Of a DNA stretch of 64,000 nucleotides, positions 56,398 through 64,000 are shown in pieces; the stretch's first letter is position 1; each line of letters starts with the position of its first letter. The stretch lies in contig OY970194.1 in NCBI GenBank assembly GCA_963708075.1, positions 960,001 to 1,024,000 of the forward strand, written 5' to 3'. A model generated the notes under the pieces. The model was not told the DNA's origin, made no database searches, and saw only the letters and a program-made list of their open reading frames with translations. A program made the translations under genes and the position numbers. The DNA comes from Sedimentisphaerales bacterium. GTDB taxonomy: Bacteria > Planctomycetota > Phycisphaerae > Sedimentisphaerales > Anaerobacaceae.

Positions 56398-58389
56398 TCA
56401 CTCATTCAGCACCACGACCTCATAGGAATTGAGCCGGGGCAAGGTGAACTTATGCTCTGTGATACGCAGCTTCTTGTTCGTGCTCATGGCGGTGGCGCGA
56501 CGAAATGGGAGGGCCAACTCTACCGTGATGTCTCGCATTTCGACTGGGGCGAAGTAGGCTGTGTCGGAATGCCCGCTCAGGTTCACGAAGTGCACCAGCG
56601 TCCGGTTGCGCTTGGGCTGCCTCATCACCGTGACTTCCACCAATGGATGCGCATTGGTCTTCAATTGTCGTCCATGGGGCAGGAGATGATCGATTATGTC
56701 AGCCATCAAGCCGGCGTGGCCTTGTGAGCTGTGCCGATAATACAGGCCGCCGATATCCCAGGGGATGTACGCAATCCGGCCTTTGCCATGGTCCGTGAAC
56801 ACGAGACCTGGAATGCTGGTCTCCACCTTGTCCACCCACACCTTCTCCGGTGGACCGAACATGGCGGGCGGAATCAACGTGAGCAGCGGCGCATCCAGTG
56901 GCGCCAGCTCCACATAGGGCCCATCCAGAAAGAGCAGCTTGGTGTTCTTCAGCGACGGCAGCAGTGCGTGATCGTGAATACGCCAGGAGCCTTGGATTGA
57001 TTCTCGCTTGCCGATCACTTTCCCCACCGGCAATGCGGGAGGATTGGCGCCTGCGATGAACAGATGGGCGCCATCGCGGACGTAGCGATCCAGTTCCGCC
57101 GAGGCGCCGCTGGGAGCGATGACCAGATCAAACTTGCGGGAGGGATCGTTCAGCCATTTCAGGTTGTCCGACACGGCGAATGGGATATGCTGCTCGCTCA
57201 GCAGGCGGAAGAATCCGCGATAAGAACTTGAGTCGCCCCGGAGCAACAGGACGCGCGCAGCATTTTGCTGTCCGACGTAGAGGTCTTCATGCTCCGCGTG
57301 CCACTGGAAGACGGGCCGGCCTGCCAGCAGGGCGTGGCGGTCTTCCTGGTCCATGGTCCCGTGCATGTTGAGCGCGAGCACGCCGCCGTGGGACATGTTC
57401 TGATACAGGCGCAGTTGAATCTCTGCCTGCGGTACTGTTACGAACCGCCACGGGTAATCCACGAAGCTCATGCAGAGGTTGAACGCCATCTTGTCCGGCT
57501 CCGAATTGCGGGCACGATTCACGTTGTCACTGGCGGAGTATGGCCAGAGCGGCAGTGCTCGCCCGACGGCCGTATTGGATTCAGACATGATGCCGTCGGT
57601 GTGGTCCTGGATATAGGTGAGAAAGGCTGCCTGCGGCCGCAGCCGGTGAATCAGCTCGGCGAACGTCGCCGCCACTTCGTGTGCCGATTCCGCCAGGAAG
57701 CTACCGTAATCGGCGTCGCGAGCACTCGTCGGCAGCGGGCGATGGTAGCGCACCTCAAAGCGGGTTTTGCAGGCGTCGCACTGGCACGGCCCCATCTGGT
57801 TGCCGCTGTAGTCGGAGGACGGATTGCCGAACATGTTGAAGAACAGCCCGTCCACCTCGTAACGCTCCAGCGCCTCGGTGAGAATCTTGACCGCCTGTTC
57901 GCGATAATAGCCACCGTTGATGCACGCCGAGTAGAGTCCATTGTAGATGGCAGGCTCGCCGTTGGTCCGCTTGAAGAACCATTCGGGATGGGCGTCGAAC
58001 ACCGGCTTCTGGGTCTTGCTCAGGTCAAAGCGACCGATCACGCGCAGACCACGCGCGTGGGCCTCCTGTAGCACGTCTCCAAACAGATCGTGTCCCGGCG
58101 GCAGGTGTGGACTGGCATAGTGGAATTCCGCACGCGTTGGATACTGCGCCACGATACCGCCCATGTTGAAAAGCAGCGTATTCGCGGGAAACTCGGTGAC
58201 TTGTCGAACGAGACGTTTGGCATCCAGCGTGGAATCGGTCTCGCGGAGATTGGTCTGCAGGAGGCGGACCGGCTCGTCCATCCACCAGCGTGGCTCCGCC
58301 GCGGTGGCACGAGCCGCCGGCATCGTACAGCCGGACACGACAAGAGTCACCATGATCCACTGGATCGCCGGCCGGAGTGTATCAGCCAT
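56398..58389 (-). CDS. Putative glycoside hydrolase (GHL6-like TIM barrel plus beta-galactosidase trimerization-like domain), likely lipoprotein
   Basis: VSGC lipobox-like motif, GLRVIGRFD, AHPEW, YEVDGLFFN, CQCDAC, LLSEQHIPF. Confidence 0.7.
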   Translation of the reverse strand: MADTLRPAIQWIMVTLVVSGCTMPAARATAAEPRWWMDEPVRLLQTNLRETDSTLDAKRLVRQVTEFPANTLLFNMGGIVAQYPTRAEFHYASPHLPPGHDLFGDVLQEAHARGLRVIGRFDLSKTQKPVFDAHPEWFFKRTNGEPAIYNGLYSACINGGYYREQAVKILTEALERYEVDGLFFNMFGNPSSDYSGNQMGPCQCDACKTRFEVRYHRPLPTSARDADYGSFLAESAHEVAATFAELIHRLRPQAAFLTYIQDHTDGIMSESNTAVGRALPLWPYSASDNVNRARNSEPDKMAFNLCMSFVDYPWRFVTVPQAEIQLRLYQNMSHGGVLALNMHGTMDQEDRHALLAGRPVFQWHAEHEDLYVGQQNAARVLLLRGDSSSYRGFFRLLSEQHIPFAVSDNLKWLNDPSRKFDLVIAPSGASAELDRYVRDGAHLFIAGANPPALPVGKVIGKRESIQGSWRIHDHALLPSLKNTKLLFLDGPYVELAPLDAPLLTLIPPAMFGPPEKVWVDKVETSIPGLVFTDHGKGRIAYIPWDIGGLYYRHSSQGHAGLMADIIDHLLPHGRQLKTNAHPLVEVTVMRQPKRNRTLVHFVNLSGHSDTAYFAPVEMRDITVELALPFRRATAMSTNKKLRITEHKFTLPRLNSYEVVVLNE

Positions 58390-58529
58390 CGTTTTCTTCT
58401 CCATCTCACAGAGCACCGGAAGCTGCGACTGCGTAGCCGTATTGTAGGATCAAGCCGGCGCAAAGGCAAAAGGCAAACCAAGGCAGTCGTCGTGTGACAG
58501 TCGCAAATCCCTCCGTCACAAGGCCCTAT

Positions 58530-58558
58530 TGGACACAGGGCGGACGAGATGCTACAAT
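58530..58558 (+). promoter_or_regulatory. Sigma70-type promoter
   Basis: TGGACA-N17-TACAAT with TG extension; a TGTGAC/GTCACA inverted pair lies just upstream. Confidence 0.5.
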
Positions 58559-58637
58559 AGGAGCTTGATTGGGCCATGGTGCCTGCTCGTATGCACTGAA
58601 GAGTATCTACCTTGGATTTCTGCGAAAGGAGCAGAGG

Positions 58638-60119
58638 ATGAATCAGATGAATCGCCGGGGATTCTTGAAGCACACCGCCGTCGCGACGGCTGGGTCGTAT
58701 CTGGTCTTGTCTTCGTGGGACCACCTTGTGCCCAGCGTACGCGGGGCCAATGACGAGATTCGATTAGCCGTAGCCGGGATCAAGAGCCGGGGTGGGGCCC
58801 ACGTCAGCGATTTCATGAAACTGCAGGGCGTGAAAGTGGTGGCCTTATGCGACCCGGATAAGCAAATCCTCGAACAAGGGGTCGCCGGGTTCAAGAAGAA
58901 GTACAACGTGGATGATTCGGCCATCAAGGGCTATGCGGACGTCCGGCAGATCCTGGATCGCAAGGATATTGATGCCCTGGTGATCGCGGCACCCAACCAC
59001 TGGCACTCGCTGATGACAGTCTGGGCGTGCCAGGCGGGCAAGCACGTGTACGTGGAAAAGCCCGTCAGTCATGCGATCTGGGAGGGCCGCAAGATGGTCG
59101 AGGCGGCACGCAAGTACAACCGGATCGTGCAGGCGGGCACCCAGCACCGGTCCTGTCCGGCTGTGCAGGAGGCCGCTCGCGATATTCAGGCCGGCAAGTA
59201 CGGCAAGGTCCTCTGGGTTCACTGCTCCAAGCTGCAATCACGGACCTCGATCGGCAAAGTGACGGAGCCGCAGCCGGTTCCGCCTCAGATCGACTACAAT
59301 CTCTGGGCCGGTCCCGCACCGATGACACCGGTCATGCGGCAGCAGTTCCATTATGACTGGCACTGGCAGTGGAACTGGGGCGACGGCGAAATGGCGAACT
59401 GGGGCATTCATTACCTCGACGATGTGCGTCACCTGCTTGGTTGGAAGGATGTGCCGACGAAGGTGGTGGCGGCGGGCAACCGTTTCGCCTGGGACGACAA
59501 CGGCGAGACGCCGAACATGCACTTTGCGCTGATGGACTATGACGGTCTGCCCATGGTGGTCGATATCCGTAATCTGCCCGACCCGGCGCGTCGCGGCGGC
59601 AAGGAGGGGGCTGTATATCTGACCGCCCGCGGGGGCAACTACGTCCAGTGCGAGAACGGCTCCGTTCGCATCTCCCGCGGCGGCGGCTGGTTCCACGACA
59701 ATGATGGCAAGCGGGTCTACCAGTACAAGGGCAACGGCGGGAGTGACCACGCCCCGAATTTCATCAGGGCGCTACGCAGCGGCCGGCGCGAGGACTTGGC
59801 GGCGGAGATTGAGGTCGGTCACCTCGGCACCACGATCTGCCACCAGGCAAATATCGCCTGGCGGGCCGGTCAGCAGGCTTCCGTCGAACAGGTGCGCGAG
59901 AGTATGAAATCATGCGAGGACGCTGCGAATACGCTCAAGGACATACTCGAACAGCTCAACGGCAACAGTGTGGATTTGGCGAAGCAACCGTTCGTCCTTG
60001 GACCGTCGCTGACCTATGATCGCAAGCAGGAACGCTTCGTCGGCCCGAATGCCGAGCAGGCCAATAAGTACCTCAAGTGCTCCTATCGCGAGCCGTTCGT
60101 CCTGCCCGAGCAAGTGTAA
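58638..60119 (+). CDS. Tat-exported Gfo/Idh/MocA oxidoreductase
   Basis: NRRGFLK Tat motif, APNHWH, GKHVYVEKP, WGIHYLD. Confidence 0.92.
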   Translation: MNQMNRRGFLKHTAVATAGSYLVLSSWDHLVPSVRGANDEIRLAVAGIKSRGGAHVSDFMKLQGVKVVALCDPDKQILEQGVAGFKKKYNVDDSAIKGYADVRQILDRKDIDALVIAAPNHWHSLMTVWACQAGKHVYVEKPVSHAIWEGRKMVEAARKYNRIVQAGTQHRSCPAVQEAARDIQAGKYGKVLWVHCSKLQSRTSIGKVTEPQPVPPQIDYNLWAGPAPMTPVMRQQFHYDWHWQWNWGDGEMANWGIHYLDDVRHLLGWKDVPTKVVAAGNRFAWDDNGETPNMHFALMDYDGLPMVVDIRNLPDPARRGGKEGAVYLTARGGNYVQCENGSVRISRGGGWFHDNDGKRVYQYKGNGGSDHAPNFIRALRSGRREDLAAEIEVGHLGTTICHQANIAWRAGQQASVEQVRESMKSCEDAANTLKDILEQLNGNSVDLAKQPFVLGPSLTYDRKQERFVGPNAEQANKYLKCSYREPFVLPEQV

Positions 60120-60379
60120 TCCTGATAGTTGAGAGCCTGGCACAGGATGCCACAGGGATCCGGATGGCATGGGCAGACGCGTTTGCCCGTGGCGTGTTGT
60201 CTCGTTGGGGCCGGATTCCCGTCTCTTATGAGAATGCCTCTGGCGTTTCCGTCCGTGTGGTGGTAGTATCTGCCGCAACGCGCTCTAAGCAGCGCTGATC
60301 GAATGGGGATTTGGATGCGGCTCGATTCCCGCATCCGCAGGACAAAGCACTGGTGGCAAGGTTGGCCCTGTGGAAGGAC

Positions 60380-61150
60380 ATGGCGATGCCCTGGAGAGTC
60401 TGTGTCTGTGCTCTGGTTGTCGGTTTCGCAGCGACAGCCTGGTGCCGGAGCGCCGAAACGGACGATGAAGGCAAGAACGGATCGGCGTTCTACCTGGGCG
60501 GCGGTGCGCTGATTAGTGACCGGCCGTACATCGATACGGACTGGATGATCTGTCCGGTCCCGTTGTCTGCTTATGAAGGCGATCCCCTGTCTCTGTGGGA
60601 CATGGCCGGCGGCTATCCGCTGCCGGCGGGCAAGGGCTGGTCCATCGGGCCTGTCGTCCAGCCTCGCTTCCAGGGCTACGGTGAGGAGGACAGCTCCGCC
60701 CTGTGGGGTATGGATGACCGGAACTGGTCGATCGATGCAGGGATAGGCGCATCGTGGATGACGAAGATTGGGCGTTTTGGTTTGTCCGGCGTCACCGACA
60801 TGCTGGGCAGGCACAAGGGCCAGGAACTGGAGTTCAGCTACACGGTCCTGTTCAAGCTGGGCGGCCTGGACTTCATTCCGTCGGCCGGGATGAGGTGGAA
60901 GAGCCAGGACCTTGTTGACTACTACTACGGCGTGCGGCCGCGAGAAGCCATGGCGGGTCGTCCGGCCTATGAGGGCGAGAACGCCCTCGATCCTTTCGTG
61001 CGACTGACCATGCGGCACAAGCTCACCGGGAGGTGGAGTCTGCTGGCCTTTGCGCAGTATGAATGGCTCGATGATGAAATCAAGAGTAGCCCCATCGTGG
61101 ACGCGGATTACGACGCATCCTTCATGGTGGGTATGCTCTACTCGTGGTGA
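60380..61150 (+). CDS. MipA/OmpV family outer-membrane protein
   Basis: Signal peptide, RPY..D, GMDDRNWSIDAG, VDYYYGV, IKSSPIVD, terminal YSW. Confidence 0.85.
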   Translation: MAMPWRVCVCALVVGFAATAWCRSAETDDEGKNGSAFYLGGGALISDRPYIDTDWMICPVPLSAYEGDPLSLWDMAGGYPLPAGKGWSIGPVVQPRFQGYGEEDSSALWGMDDRNWSIDAGIGASWMTKIGRFGLSGVTDMLGRHKGQELEFSYTVLFKLGGLDFIPSAGMRWKSQDLVDYYYGVRPREAMAGRPAYEGENALDPFVRLTMRHKLTGRWSLLAFAQYEWLDDEIKSSPIVDADYDASFMVGMLYSW

Positions 61151-62034
61151 GGCGGGTCCTTCTCAGGAGGAGGCTGCGTGTTCTGAGGTTGCACACGGAG
61201 CTTGAGAGCTCCAGTACGCGGTCGTCTGGCCGGTGTGCCGCCGTCATTCGGTTCGGTCGGGAGGCCTTCATCCCGGATTTGCCTATTTCGATATTGAACA
61301 TACGCTGTACGCATCGCTACGTACGGATCCACGGCTACCGACTTGAAGGCTTCGTATTCTCCGATGTGCAAGGAGCCGTCATTGACAGCGTTCTCGACGG
61401 ATATGCCGATCGAGACCTCCTCCGGCTCGACGTACCGAATCGGATTCAAGAACTGGTCGCCCAATATGCCGACCGAATCCCGCAAGGTCGATGGACCCCA
61501 CAACGGCCACACCAGATAGCATCCGTCGCGGAAACCATACACGGCCAGCGTTTGACCGAGGTCCTCCCGAGCCAGCTCCAATCCCCACCGATCGCGTGCC
61601 GGGTCGCCAAACCCAAGCACACCTACCGTCGTGTTGATGGCGAAGCGGTGCAATTCGGTCCCTGCCGCTGAACCTTTGCCTTGTAGAAGGCAGTTGACCA
61701 AACGTGGCGGAGTCGCCACGTTGTCGAAGAAATTGCCGATGCCTGTGCGAGCCGGTTTGGGCACTATACGTGCATACGCATGTGTAACCGGCTTCACGAC
61801 CCAGAAATACGTCACGTCGTTGATGCCGAACATGATCCGATTCACGGGCTCCAGCGGGTCCGCGATGGTTACCTGCTTCTCGGAGAACTCTTCCTCCAAT
61901 TCGTCGAAGGCCGTCTCGTCCGGCGAATTGACGTCCCCGGGCACAACGGCCGCGGACTGCGGATTGCTCTGGGCGGAGGTCGCACAACCCGTCCCTGCGA
62001 CAATCCCGGCCAGGATCAGGAAGCATACTCTCAT
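61138..62034 (-). CDS. mlaA: VacJ/MlaA family lipoprotein
   Basis: GTGC lipobox, DPLEPVNR, RFAINTTVGVLG, EDLGQTL, YLVWPLWGPSTLRD, DPY..MR.AY. Confidence 0.9.
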   Translation of the reverse strand: MRVCFLILAGIVAGTGCATSAQSNPQSAAVVPGDVNSPDETAFDELEEEFSEKQVTIADPLEPVNRIMFGINDVTYFWVVKPVTHAYARIVPKPARTGIGNFFDNVATPPRLVNCLLQGKGSAAGTELHRFAINTTVGVLGFGDPARDRWGLELAREDLGQTLAVYGFRDGCYLVWPLWGPSTLRDSVGILGDQFLNPIRYVEPEEVSIGISVENAVNDGSLHIGEYEAFKSVAVDPYVAMRTAYVQYRNRQIRDEGLPTEPNDGGTPARRPRTGALKLRVQPQNTQPPPEKDPPHHE

Positions 62035-64000
62035 CGGCCATCCTCCTGAGGGTTTTCCCTGGTCCCGCGCTCCTTGCCGTAGGGCTTAATCAGAACCAGC
62101 AATTGCGGCAGCACGGTCAACGACGCCAATAAGGCCATCGTGATCGCCAGCACGGCCAGTAGACCAAAGTAGACGGTGGGGATGAAGTTCGACAGGCTCA
62201 GGATGGAAAACCCGATGACCAGTGTCACGGTCGTGTAGTAGATGGCATGGCCGATGCTGTCATGCGATCGGTGCAAGGCGACCCGATAGCTCCCTTCGGT
62301 CTGGACCTCGTGCTTGAACCGGTGGATGTAGTGGATCGTGTCGTCGTCAGCCAAGCCCACGCCGATGGCGGCGATCGTGATCGTCATCATGTCCAGGGGG
62401 ATGCCCAGCCAACCCATCACGCCCAGCACACAACTGATTGCCAGCAAGTTCGGGAAGATCGCTATGACCGCGATCCGCAAGGATCGGAACAATATCACGA
62501 ACGTTCCCATCAGGGACAATGTGGCAAAACCCATGGTCGTGATCTGGGATGTATACAGGCTCTGGAGCATGTTGTTGTACAACACCATGATGCCGGCCAG
62601 GTGCACCGACTCGGGCTCGAGGGCCAGCCTGTGGGTCAGGTCTGCCCGGATCTTCTTCAGCAGTTCATTTCGTTTCAACGACCGGTCGGAGTCCCGGATC
62701 CGGACCGTAAGCCGTGCCTGGTTGTGTTCCACCGACACGTAGGGCGTGACCAGGATCTCCCGAAGTGCATCCGGGATCTGATTGAACAGCAGGGCCAATT
62801 CCACATTGTCCAGCGGCTTGCCCCCGTTGGCCCTTTCGATCATCCGTACCAAGGTTACTACCGACAGAACCTTGCCGGTTTCCGGAAGGCCGTCAAGATA
62901 GTCGTGGACGACCGCGATCCGGGCCATCTTCTCCGGCGTGAACCAGTACTTTTGCATGGTCCCCTTGGCCGCGGCGTCGAATTCCTCGAATTGATCGAAC
63001 ACGGTTTCTGTGCCGGTCTCGACATCGGATGGGACCGCCTCCGGGGGCGCTGCCTGCTCGAAGTCGATGACCACGTCCAGCGGCGTGGTCCCGCCAAGCT
63101 GCCGGTCCACAACCGTCATTCCCTGGTGGATCTCGGTCTTGGGCTTGAAGTAATTGATAAAACAGTTCTCCACCTGCAGCCTGCGGATCCCAATGGCATT
63201 GAAGGCCACCAGCAGCAGACTGCCCACAATGACCCAAGGACCATGGGCAACCGTGAACCGGCCCAGCATCGGGGTCAGGCGCCACTTGGACTGTCCCCTC
63301 GACCAGGGCCTGTCCCGGGGTAGAAGCATCAACACGGTCGGCAACAGCAGGAAGGGCACGAGGATGGAAACGGCCACGCCCACAACCATGATGTAGCCGA
63401 AGTTGATCACCGGCCGGATGTCGCTGAAGATCAGGGATGCAAACCCGGCCATGGTGGTCAGGCCCGAATACACGCACGGCCGCAGCATGGCTTGGATTGT
63501 CGCGAAGATCAGTTCATGCTGACCGATGTCCGGCTGGCTGGCGGCCAGTTCCCGGTATCGGACCATCAGATGGATAGTCATGGCTAGTGTGATGATCAGT
63601 TGCAGGGAGATGAAGTTGGAGCTGACGACCGTGACTTCCCAACCAAGCCAGCCCAGCAAACCGACGGTGCAAATCACGGAGACCGCACAGACCGACATGG
63701 GCAGGAGGACCCAGTAGACCCTGCGGAAGATGACCGCGATGGTGAGCACCAGTAACAGAAACACCGCCGTCCCGAAGACCCGCAGGTCGCTCTTGATGAA
63801 GCTGATCATGTCGTCGGCGATCATGCTCACGCCGCCCAGGAACAGGGTGCCGTCCTGCCGATACTGGTCCATGATCGAGCGAATGGCCAGGATATTGTCG
63901 TGTCGCTGGCGGCGACCCTCGTCGCGGTATTGAGCGAATTGCCGAACCACCGCCTTGAGCTCGATCCGCTCGGCCGGCGTCAAGGAACCTGCTGCTCTCT
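62031..64000 (-). CDS. MMPL/RND-family transporter (5' end outside window)
   Basis: Two TM bundles, TTMAGFASL, LGGTTPLDVV, IGVGLADDDTIHY; its stop overlaps the mlaA start. Confidence 0.88.
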   Translation of the reverse strand, partial: RAAGSLTPAERIELKAVVRQFAQYRDEGRRQRHDNILAIRSIMDQYRQDGTLFLGGVSMIADDMISFIKSDLRVFGTAVFLLLVLTIAVIFRRVYWVLLPMSVCAVSVICTVGLLGWLGWEVTVVSSNFISLQLIITLAMTIHLMVRYRELAASQPDIGQHELIFATIQAMLRPCVYSGLTTMAGFASLIFSDIRPVINFGYIMVVGVAVSILVPFLLLPTVLMLLPRDRPWSRGQSKWRLTPMLGRFTVAHGPWVIVGSLLLVAFNAIGIRRLQVENCFINYFKPKTEIHQGMTVVDRQLGGTTPLDVVIDFEQAAPPEAVPSDVETGTETVFDQFEEFDAAAKGTMQKYWFTPEKMARIAVVHDYLDGLPETGKVLSVVTLVRMIERANGGKPLDNVELALLFNQIPDALREILVTPYVSVEHNQARLTVRIRDSDRSLKRNELLKKIRADLTHRLALEPESVHLAGIMVLYNNMLQSLYTSQITTMGFATLSLMGTFVILFRSLRIAVIAIFPNLLAISCVLGVMGWLGIPLDMMTITIAAIGVGLADDDTIHYIHRFKHEVQTEGSYRVALHRSHDSIGHAIYYTTVTLVIGFSILSLSNFIPTVYFGLLAVLAITMALLASLTVLPQLLVLIKPYGKERGTRENPQEDGR

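Noticed and set aside
1..64000. CRISPR array, rRNA genes or prophage
   Set aside because: No regularly spaced direct repeats, rRNA-like sequence or phage structural genes were recognised.

Overview
GC-rich bacterial chromosome segment. The gene repertoire (H-X9-DG/DUF1559-like proteins, long-insert ACP, multi-HTH sigma factor, sulfatase, Tat oxidoreductase, LRR protein) suggests a planctomycete, probably Phycisphaerae (inference). In order it holds: the end of a type II secretion locus (GspC-like, GspD); serS coupled to a fabZ-acp-fabZ-fabF*-fabF cluster whose first KS has Cys->Glu at the catalytic site; an SPFH gene with a tRNA-like structured leader; ffh-rpsP-trmD; five pilin-like paralogs; two near-identical ISAs1 copies and one IS1182-like element; transporters; a fused EtfBA with ETF:quinone oxidoreductase; csrA; sugar/sulfate catabolic genes; and MipA/MlaA/MMPL genes. 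The top novelty candidate is a small gene directly after ffh that aligns by eye to the Ffh M domain but has its basic RNA-binding motif replaced by acidic/neutral residues. Other candidates are a small ORF ending in RAPP before a terminator, the SPFH leader RNA, and a MITE-like element with 30-bp inverted repeats. Six genes, including essential ffh, carry single-base frameshifts in or beside short G/C runs, most likely assembly errors. No rRNA, intact tRNA or CRISPR array was seen. All family calls are by motif recognition, not database search.
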